Shown: piece by piece, positions 11,453 to 18,876 of the stretch
Layout: every line of letters begins with the position of its first letter
How positions within the stretch are numbered: the stretch's first letter is position 1
Assembly (NCBI RefSeq): GCF_042660085.1
Contig: NZ_JBHSTI010000008.1
Location: 60,001 to 92,000 of the forward strand
Direction of reading: 5' to 3'
DNA length: 32,000 nucleotides
Source: Longivirga aurantiaca
GTDB lineage: Bacteria; Actinomycetota; Actinomycetes; S36-B12; CAIYMF01
Notes under the pieces: model-generated
Databases searched by the model: none
What the model saw: only the letters and a program-made list of their open reading frames with translations
What the model was told of the DNA's origin: nothing
Translations under genes and position numbers: made by a program

Positions 11453-12829
11453 TCAGACCGCGAACCTCGCGCAGGCGCGCAGGCCGCCTGCCGGGGACTC
11501 GTCGAGCCAGACGCTGCCGCCGCCCGCCTGGGCGAGCGATGCGACCACCGCGAGGCCGAGGCCGCTGCCGCCGCCGTCCTGACGTCCGCGCCAGAAGCGG
11601 TCGAACGCGCGCTCGCGGTCCTCGCGCGAGAGGCCCGGGCCCTCGTCGTCCACCGTGAGCGTGACGCCGTCGGGGCTGCTGCGGACCGTCACGACGATGC
11701 GGCTGCCGTCGGGGACGACGTCGAGCGCGTTGTCGAGGTAGTTGTCGACGATCTGCTCCACGGCGCTCGGCACCGCCTGGGCCACCGCCATGCCGGGGGA
11801 GTCGAGCACGATCGTCACGTCGCGCTCGGCGGCGAGCGGCATCCAGGACTCGACGCGGTCGCGGGCGACGGCGGAGACGTCGATCGGCACGGTGTCCTGC
11901 TCGCGGCCGTCGGCGCGAGCGAGCATGAGCAGGCCGTCGACGAGGCGGCCGAGGCGGTCGATCTCGTCGCGTGCGGCGTCCACCTGGTCGACGGCGGGGT
12001 CGTCCTCGTCCATCACCTCGGCCGCGCGGTCGAGGCGCAGGCGCAGGGTCGCGAGCGGTGTGCGCAGCTGGTGCGACGCGTCGCCGGCGAAGCCCTTCTG
12101 CGACTCCACGACGTGCTGCACGCGATCGGCCATGGTGTTGAAGGAGTCGGCGAGCTCGGCGATCTCGTCGCCGCCCGACACGTCTGCGCGCGCGGCCAGG
12201 TCGCCCTCGGCGATGTCCTCGGCGGCGTCGCGCAGGCGGCGGATGCGGCGGGTGACGGCCGAGGCCACGAGCGCCGCGATGATCGCGGCTGCGAGCAGCG
12301 TGATGGCCGCCGCGATGAAGAGCCCGCGCACGCGGCCGTTGACCACCTCGTCGATCGCGCTGACGGGATAGCTGAGGCGCACCGCGCCGAGGTTGGTCTG
12401 GGTGCTGGTGCGGACCGGCACCGCCACGAACAGCAGGGGTTCGCCGAGGGTCTGCGAGTCGCGCTGGCCGGACACCGCGCGGCCGTCGTCTATCGCGGCC
12501 TTGATCTCGGGCCGGTTGGCGTACGACTCGCCCACGCTGTCGTCGGACGCCGCGATGACGACGCCCTTCTGGTCGACGATCACGACGACGGCCCCGGTCT
12601 TCGTGGCGTACTCGTTCACCACGGCATCGAGCTGGGCCTGGGTGAGGGCTCCGGCCTCGGCCTCGAGCGACTCGACGGCGAGCCCGGCGATCGCGAAGGC
12701 GTCGCGCTGCAGCCCGGTGACGATGCGGTCGTACTCCACCGTGCGCAGGTACTGCGCGAGCGGGATGTTCTGCACCAGCAGGACGATCGCCGTGAATCCC
12801 ACCAGCACGGCGATGAGGCGCCACCTCAT
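11453..12829 (-). CDS. Two-component system sensor histidine kinase (HAMP + HisKA + HATPase)
   Basis: Likely start MRWRLIAVLVGFTAIVLLVQNIPLAQYL; second TM + HAMP (RRIRRLRDAAEDIAEGDLAAR), FAGDASHQLRTPLATLRLRLD, IVDNYLDNALDVVPDGSRI, VDDEGPGLSREDRERAFDRFWRG, GSGLGLAVVASLAQAGGG. Confidence 0.94.
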   Translation of the reverse strand: MRWRLIAVLVGFTAIVLLVQNIPLAQYLRTVEYDRIVTGLQRDAFAIAGLAVESLEAEAGALTQAQLDAVVNEYATKTGAVVVIVDQKGVVIAASDDSVGESYANRPEIKAAIDDGRAVSGQRDSQTLGEPLLFVAVPVRTSTQTNLGAVRLSYPVSAIDEVVNGRVRGLFIAAAITLLAAAIIAALVASAVTRRIRRLRDAAEDIAEGDLAARADVSGGDEIAELADSFNTMADRVQHVVESQKGFAGDASHQLRTPLATLRLRLDRAAEVMDEDDPAVDQVDAARDEIDRLGRLVDGLLMLARADGREQDTVPIDVSAVARDRVESWMPLAAERDVTIVLDSPGMAVAQAVPSAVEQIVDNYLDNALDVVPDGSRIVVTVRSSPDGVTLTVDDEGPGLSREDRERAFDRFWRGRQDGGGSGLGLAVVASLAQAGGGSVWLDESPAGGLRACARFAV

Positions 12830-12845
12830 GCGGCTGCCCTGACGG

Positions 12846-13556
12846 TCACGGGGAGCCGAGCCGGAACCCGACGCCGCGGACGGCCTCGACCCACGCGGGG
12901 TCTCCCAGCTTCTTGCGGATCGCGGCCACGTGCGCATCGACCGTCTTGGTCGCGCCGTACCAGTGGCCGTCCCACACGTGCTCGAGGATCTCGGTGCGCC
13001 GGCGCACGGCGCCCGGGTCCTCGGCGAGGTAGGCGAGGACGTCGAACTCCTTGGCGGTCAGCTGCACCTCCTCGCCGTCGATGTGCACCCGCTGCGCGCG
13101 GCGGTCGATGCTCAGCCGACCGAGCTCCTGCGCGCCGCCCCCTGCCGTCGCCGTCGGGGAGGCGGGTGCGGCCGTCGTGGCCGTCGAGGTCGAGCGTCGC
13201 ATCACGGCGCGGATCCGGGCGGCGAGCTCGCGCATGCCGTAGGGCTTGGTGAGGTAGTCGTCGGCGCCGAGCTCGAGCGCGATCACACGGTCGGCCTCGT
13301 CTCCGCGCGCGGAGACGACGATGACCGGCACCTCGGAGGCCGCCCGGATGCGGCGGCACACCTCCTGGCCGTCGATGTCGGGCAGCCCGAGGTCGAGCAG
13401 GATCACGTCCGGCGAGGGGTCGGAGGAGGCCACGGAGTCGAGCGCGGCCTGGCCGGTCGCCACGTGGTCGACCGTGAACCCCTGGGCGGCGAGCCCGTCG
13501 ACGGCGGAGGCCGCGAGGCCGGGGTCGTCCTCCACAAGCAGAATGCGCACGGGCAC
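12846..13556 (-). CDS. OmpR/PhoB-family response regulator
   Basis: ILLVEDDPG, VILLDLGLPDIDGQEVCRRIR, VIVVSARGDEADRV, GADDYLTKPYGMRELAAR, C-terminal winged helix (LTAKEFDVLAYLAEDPGAVRRRTEILEHVW, TVDAHVAAIRKKL, VRGVGFRL). Start could also be the ATG at 13571 or the GTG at 13550. Confidence 0.94.
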   Translation of the reverse strand: MPVRILLVEDDPGLAASAVDGLAAQGFTVDHVATGQAALDSVASSDPSPDVILLDLGLPDIDGQEVCRRIRAASEVPVIVVSARGDEADRVIALELGADDYLTKPYGMRELAARIRAVMRRSTSTATTAAPASPTATAGGGAQELGRLSIDRRAQRVHIDGEEVQLTAKEFDVLAYLAEDPGAVRRRTEILEHVWDGHWYGATKTVDAHVAAIRKKLGDPAWVEAVRGVGFRLGSP

Positions 13557-13621
13557 ATCGTCGCAGGTCACGACGCCGCCACGTGCCTCCGGACACGGTG
13601 CGCGACGAAGTCGACCCGGAT

Positions 13622-13640
13622 CTTGGACGTCCCTTGGACG
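13622..13640. promoter_or_regulatory. Candidate OmpR/PhoB-type operator: direct repeat CTTGGACG-tcc-CTTGGACG, 11-bp periodicity
   Basis: Copies at 13622-13629 and 13633-13640 in the divergent gap between the response regulator and the secreted-protein gene. Confidence 0.5.
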
Positions 13641-13707
13641 AGCGGGGGAGCCCCGTGGGACGCACGTCGCCTACCGTGGAGAGGTGAGACGATCGAAGGA
13701 GGCTCCC

Positions 13708-14130
13708 GTGCGACGCATCACGACCGTGACGGCACTGTCCGTCGCCGGAGTGCTCCTCGCCGCGGGCACTGCCGCAGCCCTCAACGCCCAGGTGCTCGGC
13801 GGCCCGAGCCGCACCTCGGTCGGCACTGCGGACAGCCTGCTGCCGGATGACCCCTTCTCCTCGCCCACCCTCGGCGAGGCGGGCTCGCCGAGCCCGTCGG
13901 ACGAGCCGAGCGAGAGCGCCGAGCCCACGAAGAAGCCGTCGCCGTCGGCCACCAAGGCCTCCCGGCCGGCCTCCCCCTCGACCGTGCCCAGCACCGGCGC
14001 CGGCTCCACCACTGAGCCCGGCGACGACAAGGGCGGCGACAACAGCGGCTCGGGCAGCTCGGGCGGCTCGGACGACGACAGCAGCGGCAAGGGCGGCTCG
14101 GACGACGACAGCACGGTCGACGACGACTGA
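13708..14130 (+). CDS. Small secreted/exported Ser/Pro/Asp-rich hypothetical protein
   Basis: GTG at 13708 preceded by GAAGGAGG; signal-like VRRITTVTALSVAGVLLAAGTAAALNAQ followed by low-complexity SPSPSDEPSES... and acidic tail SDDDSSGKGGSDDDSTVDDD. Confidence 0.75.
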   Translation: MRRITTVTALSVAGVLLAAGTAAALNAQVLGGPSRTSVGTADSLLPDDPFSSPTLGEAGSPSPSDEPSESAEPTKKPSPSATKASRPASPSTVPSTGAGSTTEPGDDKGGDNSGSGSSGGSDDDSSGKGGSDDDSTVDDD

Positions 14131-14167
14131 TCGTCCGGCTCCCGCCGTACCGCACCCTGCACTGACT

Positions 14168-14229
14168 CGAGTTACTGCCCAAGGTGGGGCTTCGGGCAGG
14201 CCCAACACCCCACTATGGGCAGTAACTCG
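14168..14229. repeat. Long imperfect intergenic hairpin, perfect 14-bp outer stem
   Basis: CGAGTTACTGCCCA (14168-14181) and TGGGCAGTAACTCG (14216-14229) are exact reverse complements; the inner GTGGGG/CCCCAC stem extends it. Possible terminator of 13708..14130. Confidence 0.8.
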
Positions 14230-14333
14230 CGCCTCTTCGCGGCACGGCTGCCGCCCGATCGAGCCCGGACCGAGACCGGCGGACCGACGCACGTTGCTGC
14301 GAACGGGTGACCGGTCGCCGTACTCTGGCCCCC

Positions 14334-15071
14334 ATGGTGAGGCGCCCCGAGTCGAGGCACGCCCGCCCCTCCGGACGAGCGGCGGTGGCGGCGGCCTACG
14401 ACCGCGTCCAGGGCGAGCTCACCGCCGTCCGGTCCCAGCACTGGACCGACCAGCTCGAGATGATCCGGCTCACCAGCCTCACCCGTGAGCTCACCACCCA
14501 GGTCGCGGCGCTCCAGCAGGAGCTCGGGACGGTGCGCGAGGAGCTGAACACCGCCCGCTCGACGCCGCCCGTGGTCGTCGAGGTGCCCGCCGGCGGATGG
14601 TCGAGCGTGGCCCCGCCCGAGGCCTGGGCCGTCTCCGCCCCGCCCGGATGGGCACCCGCGCGGCAGCCCGCGTGGGCGCCGCAGCCGTACGCCGCCCCGC
14701 CCGAAGCCTGGGTCCAGCAGGCGCCGGCCCCCGCACCCCAGCCGTCCCTGCGCGAGGACCTCCTGCTGCAGGAGATGGCCGAGCTGCGCCGGCTCGTCAC
14801 GCACCAGCAGACGCTGCTCGCCGACCTGACCGTGCGCCTGCTCGACCTGCTCGCCCGGTTCATCCCGGTCGCCCCGCCGCAGCAGGCGCACGCCGCCCCC
14901 GCGCAGCCGCAGCCGCAGCCGTACCCCGCCCCGCAGGCCGCGGCACCGCAGGCGGCGCCTGCCGCGGCGTACGCACCGCCGGCCACCCTCTACCAGGCGC
15001 CGGAGGACCTCGTCATGGACGACGAGACCGCCTCCCGGCTGCGCGTGATCCGCGAAGCCTTCGGCCGCTGA
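14334..15071 (+). CDS. Hypothetical protein with coiled-coil-like N-terminus and Pro/Ala/Gln-rich region
   Basis: ATG 14334: LTSLTRELTTQVAALQQELGTVREELNTARS, then P/A/Q-rich segments, LLADLTVRLLDLLARFIPV, C-terminal DDETASRLRVIREAFGR. Confidence 0.7.
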   Translation: MVRRPESRHARPSGRAAVAAAYDRVQGELTAVRSQHWTDQLEMIRLTSLTRELTTQVAALQQELGTVREELNTARSTPPVVVEVPAGGWSSVAPPEAWAVSAPPGWAPARQPAWAPQPYAAPPEAWVQQAPAPAPQPSLREDLLLQEMAELRRLVTHQQTLLADLTVRLLDLLARFIPVAPPQQAHAAPAQPQPQPYPAPQAAAPQAAPAAAYAPPATLYQAPEDLVMDDETASRLRVIREAFGR

Positions 15072-15175
15072 TCTACGCCCGAGTTCACCGATCGTTCACC
15101 GACGGCTGTGCCGGTGTGCCCCCCGCGACGCCGTGCGAGCGCCTAGCGTGGCCCTCGACCTGAGGGAGGCACGAC

Positions 15176-15541
15176 ATGACGACCGTCCACGGCGTGTTCG
15201 CGAGCGCCAAGGAGCACCGCTCGCTCGAGAGCGGCGACATCGTGTTCGCCGCCGGTGACACCGGTGCGGCGATGTTCGGTGTGGTGAGCGGCTCGGTGCA
15301 GCTGCGCGACGGCGACGACGTCGTCACCACGCTCGGCGCGGGCGACACCTTCGGCGAGCTCGCGATCATCTCCAAGGCACCGCGCAGCCTGACCGCGGTC
15401 GCCGCCGAGCCGACGACGATCGCGGTGATCGACGAGCGCACGTTCATCTTCCTGGTGCACGAGACGCCGACGTTCGCGCTGCAGGTCATGCGCTCGCTCG
15501 CGGCGCGCATCCGCTCCCTCGACGAGATCCGGCTGAGCTGA
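15176..15541 (+). CDS. Standalone cyclic nucleotide-binding (Crp/cNMP-type) domain protein
   Basis: 121 aa: SLESGDIVFAAGDTGAAMFGVVSGSVQLRDGDDVVTTLGAGDTFGELAIISKAPRSLTAVAAEPTTIAVIDERTFIFLV...; GAGDTFGELA is a cNMP-binding-cassette-like motif; no HTH domain; preceded by GAGGGAGG. Confidence 0.88.
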   Translation: MTTVHGVFASAKEHRSLESGDIVFAAGDTGAAMFGVVSGSVQLRDGDDVVTTLGAGDTFGELAIISKAPRSLTAVAAEPTTIAVIDERTFIFLVHETPTFALQVMRSLAARIRSLDEIRLS

Positions 15542-15574
15542 CCGGCCGGCCGGCCTCGGTGCTGGCCTGACGGG

Positions 15575-16231
15575 TCAGGCGCGTACTCCAGCGATGTAGT
15601 CGTCGTACTGCTTCTGGCCGACGGCGTGGAACGCCTCGCGCGCAGGCGGTGGCATCGTGCCGAGCATCGCCTCGGCCACGGGTGCCGGGGCCTCCTCCAG
15701 GAGCATCCCGAAGATCACGAACGCGGTGTCGGGCGTGAGGTGCGAACGCGCGTGCGCGCCGATCGCGTCCCACTCGTCCACCGTGAGCACGCGCTCCGCG
15801 AGCGGGAGCACCTCGGACTCCTCCTCGGCGAGGTGGGCGATGAGCACGCGGTCGACCGCCGCGATAGCCGCTGCCGCCTCCTCCCGGGCCGCCGCGGTCG
15901 GGTCGGCCTGCCAGCGCGGCACGGCGGAGTCGGCGGTCTCGAGCGCGGTGCCGAGGTCGGCGTGCTCGCGCTGCATCCGGGCCACGAGCTCGGCGGCCTC
16001 GGGTGCGCGCTGGTGCAGCACGGGCCAGAGCGCGACGTCCTCGCCCTCGTGGTGGATGTGCAGCAGTCGAGCCATCAGTGCGTAGTGGCCGCCGACCACC
16101 GCTGAGCGGTCCGTGTCGTCGTCCGCGACGCCGCGCACGAGCGCCGGCAGCGCCCCGATCTCGCGCCGCAGCGCGGTGTGCACGACGAGCATGTCGCGGG
16201 TGTCGGGTCGTGCCTTGTCGAGCTGGGTCAT
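15575..16231 (-). CDS. Hemerythrin-domain protein
   Basis: VVHTALRREIGALP, LMARLLHIHHEGEDVALWPVL, MQREHADLG, LIAHLAEEESEVLPL: the H..HxxxE..H..H..ExxxxxP pattern of hemerythrin HHE domains. Confidence 0.87.
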   Translation of the reverse strand: MTQLDKARPDTRDMLVVHTALRREIGALPALVRGVADDDTDRSAVVGGHYALMARLLHIHHEGEDVALWPVLHQRAPEAAELVARMQREHADLGTALETADSAVPRWQADPTAAAREEAAAAIAAVDRVLIAHLAEEESEVLPLAERVLTVDEWDAIGAHARSHLTPDTAFVIFGMLLEEAPAPVAEAMLGTMPPPAREAFHAVGQKQYDDYIAGVRA

Positions 16232-16324
16232 GGTGTGCTCCGTATGGCCGCGCGCCCAATGAGACGCAGCGACGTTAGCGAGAGCGCCGGACCCGTGCGC
16301 GGGGATTCCCGATCTCGTGCAGGG

Positions 16325-16711
16325 TCAGGCGCGGACGCCGAGCGAGGCGTCGTGCGCCCGGGCGATGCCGGGCAGGTAGCGGTCCAGTGCCGCCTGTGCC
16401 TCGGACACGGGCGCGTTGACGTAGACGTTGATACCGCGCCCGTCGTCGGGGATCGTGATGGCCTCGATCTGCAGCGAGTCGGCCAAGGTCCAGGCCGTCT
16501 CGCGCGCGACGATGAGCTCCTCACGGGTGTGCGTCGCGTCCTCGAGCACGAGCGGGACGGCGTCGCCGATCAGCAGCCGGAGCTCGGAGTCGAACCCATG
16601 GTTGGGCACGCGGAAGACGGTGACGGTGCCCTGCTCCTCGTCGGCGCGTGCGCCGGAGAACCAGGCCCGCCCTGCGTGATGGCCGAACTGACGTGCGAGG
16701 TCTGCGACCAT
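16325..16711 (-). CDS. Hypothetical protein
   Basis: MVADLARQFGHHAGRAWFSGARADEEQGTVTVFRVPNHGFDSELRLLIGDAVPLVLEDATHTREELIVARETAWTLADSLQIEAITIPDDGRGINVYVNAPVSEAQAALDRYLPGIARAHDASLGVRA; the upstream extension to 16873 looks non-coding. Confidence 0.55.
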   Translation of the reverse strand: MVADLARQFGHHAGRAWFSGARADEEQGTVTVFRVPNHGFDSELRLLIGDAVPLVLEDATHTREELIVARETAWTLADSLQIEAITIPDDGRGINVYVNAPVSEAQAALDRYLPGIARAHDASLGVRA

Positions 16712-17059
16712 CGCGACGTCCCTGCCGGCGCCGAAGGGGTCCGCGCTCACAGGCCGATGATGCTCCGCGCGGCCCCGAAACGCACGGGTTGCCCATGGAA
16801 TCCGCGCCTCGACATGGCCCTCCATCACGCAGCGTCGATCACAACCCCGGCCACGCTGACGATCAGTGACCACGCCCCCGCCATCACCCGAACCTCGCTT
16901 CCGGACCCCTGGGGTCGATCACGGCAGTTGAACTGCGCTCGTAGACCCGTACTCGTGATCTTGGACGCCGCCTCGCTGCGCGCGGCTGTCGCACGCCGAC
17001 TGCACGTGCCGGCCCTCGGGGTCAGAACGTGGACTCGAACTGCGTTGATCCACCCCCAA

Positions 17060-17091
17060 GGGTCACCGGGTGCACCGGGTCACCGGGTGCA
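17060..17091. repeat. Short tandem direct repeat GGGTCACCGGGTGCA(CC), about 1.9 copies of a 17-bp unit
   Basis: GGGTCACCGGGTGCACC (17060-17076) followed by GGGTCACCGGGTGCA (17077-17091), just 3' of the nuoD-like gene. Confidence 0.75.
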
Positions 17092-17115
17092 GTGGGGGCG
17101 GCGGGGGTACGGCGA

Positions 17116-18291
17116 TCAGGCGTCGACGTCGCCGACGACGTACGGGCAGGTCGCGAGGATCGTCACGAGGTCTGCCACGCGGGCGCCGACGAGCAGCTCG
17201 CCGAGCACCGCGACGTTGCTGAACGACGCGCTGCGCAGCGCGAGCCGCCACGGCGTCTTCTCCGCGCGCGACACCAGCAGCCAGCCGCTCGTGCCGAGCG
17301 GGTTCTCGGTCCACACGTAGGTCATGCCCTCCGGCGCCCGCAGCACCTTGGGCAGCTTGAGGTTCACCGGTGCCGGGCCGATCGCGTCGAGCCGGTCGGC
17401 GCACGCGGCGACGACGTCCAGCGAGACGTACGTCTGCTCGAGCAGCACCTCGAGCCGTGCGAGCGCGTCGCCCTCGGACCGGGTCACGACGCGGAACACG
17501 CCCGCGTCGGCCAGCGAGGCGTACGCGAGGTAGGGGTCGTCGCGGCGCAGGTCGAGATCGACGCCGGCGGCGCGGGCCATCGGGCCGGACACTCCGTACG
17601 CCTGCACCTGCTCGGCCGTGAGCACCCCGACGCCGCGGGTCGCGGCCCGCAGCTCGTCCGACGCGAGGAACGCCGCGGTGTGCTCGAGACCGGCGCGCAC
17701 GACCGGGAGGTGCTCACGCAGATGCGTGGTCCACGACGCGGGCACGTCCTCGCGCAGGCCGCCCACGCGGTTGAACATCAGGTGCATCCGGCCGCCGGTG
17801 GCCTCCTCGAGCACCCGCTGCACGGCCTCGCGCTCGACGGCGAGCGGGTACGCCGGACGCGCGACACCGGACGCCGCGGGGAACGAGCCGAGGAACGCGA
17901 GGTGCACGAGCACGCGGTTCAGCTCGGCGAGCAGGGTGCGCAGCCACACAGCCCGCTCGGGCACCTCCATGCCGAGCATCCGCTCGACCGCCAGCGCGAT
18001 GCCGAGCTCGTTGCCGAACGCCGACAGCCAGTCGTGCCGGTTCGCGAGCACCATCGCCTGGCGGTAGTCGCGCACCTCGAACAGCTTCTCCGCGCCCCGG
18101 TGCAGGAAGCCGATGCGCGGCTCCGCCTCCACGATCCGGTCGCCCTCGACGACGACGCGCAGCTGGATCACGCCGTGGCTCGACGGGTGCGCCGCACCGA
18201 GGTCGAGGCCCTGGGTGGGCAGCCCGTCGCGCGCGGGCACCGGCAGGCCGGAGCCCACCGAGAGCACCACCTCGTGCCGGGCCGCAGTCAT
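17116..18291 (-). CDS. NADH-quinone oxidoreductase subunit D-like protein (orphan, 49-kDa subunit / NiFe-hydrogenase large-subunit family)
   Basis: [78 protein letters not shown]-terminal [10 protein letters not shown] resembling the NuoD terminus. No other nuo genes in the window. Confidence 0.87.
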   Translation of the reverse strand: MTAARHEVVLSVGSGLPVPARDGLPTQGLDLGAAHPSSHGVIQLRVVVEGDRIVEAEPRIGFLHRGAEKLFEVRDYRQAMVLANRHDWLSAFGNELGIALAVERMLGMEVPERAVWLRTLLAELNRVLVHLAFLGSFPAASGVARPAYPLAVEREAVQRVLEEATGGRMHLMFNRVGGLREDVPASWTTHLREHLPVVRAGLEHTAAFLASDELRAATRGVGVLTAEQVQAYGVSGPMARAAGVDLDLRRDDPYLAYASLADAGVFRVVTRSEGDALARLEVLLEQTYVSLDVVAACADRLDAIGPAPVNLKLPKVLRAPEGMTYVWTENPLGTSGWLLVSRAEKTPWRLALRSASFSNVAVLGELLVGARVADLVTILATCPYVVGDVDA

Positions 18292-18339
18292 GGCCCGATC
18301 GTGTCAGACACGTTCGGGGCGCGGGGTTAGGGTCGGATC

Positions 18340-18876
18340 GTGGACGCCGCCGAGAACGCTGCACCTGCCACCACCACGTCGGTCGCGGAGGTGTTCCGTC
18401 CGCCCGGCGGCGAGTGGGTGCGGGTGTCGCCCGTCCTCGCCCGCGCCTACCGCATCGAGCTCGCGATCTCGCTCGGCCTCGGCGTGCTGCTGGTGTGCGG
18501 CGGACTGCTGCTGATCCCCGACGTCCCGCGTGTGATCCCGATGGTGATCGCGCTCGTGGCGCTGGTCGCCTTCGTGTGGATCTGGATCGTGATCGGGCGG
18601 CGCGTCACGTCGTGGGGGTACGCCGAGCGCGCGGACGACCTGCTCGTCACGAGCGGGATCCTGTTCCGCCGCCTGGTGATCGTGCCCTACGGCCGCATGC
18701 AGCTCGTCGATGTCACCGCCGGGCCGCTGCACCGCGCGCTCGGCATCACCACCGTGCAGCTGCACACCGCGGCTGCCACGAGCGACGCGCGGATCCCCGG
18801 CCTCACGCCGGACATCGCCGCCGACCTGCGCGACCGGCTCGCCCGTCGCGGCGAGGAGAGGTCGGCAGGGCTGTGA
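18340..18876 (+). CDS. PH domain (bPH2/DUF304) membrane protein, YdbS-like
   Basis: Two TM helices near the N-terminus (LAISLGLGVLLVCGGLLLIPDV..., VIPMVIALVALVAFVWIWIVIG), then YAERADDLLVTSGILFRRLVIVPYGRMQLVDVTAGPLHRALGITTVQLHTA. Confidence 0.87.
   Translation: MDAAENAAPATTTSVAEVFRPPGGEWVRVSPVLARAYRIELAISLGLGVLLVCGGLLLIPDVPRVIPMVIALVALVAFVWIWIVIGRRVTSWGYAERADDLLVTSGILFRRLVIVPYGRMQLVDVTAGPLHRALGITTVQLHTAAATSDARIPGLTPDIAADLRDRLARRGEERSAGL

Noticed and set aside
17010-17050. Possible minus-strand tRNA (TGGACTCGAACTG resembles a T-arm complement)
   Set aside because: No matching acceptor, D-arm or anticodon arm could be assembled from the flanking sequence.
16178-17320. 380-aa plus-strand ORF spanning hemerythrin, hypothetical and nuoD 3' regions
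   Set aside because: Composition changes and lack of motifs; overlaps better-supported minus-strand genes.
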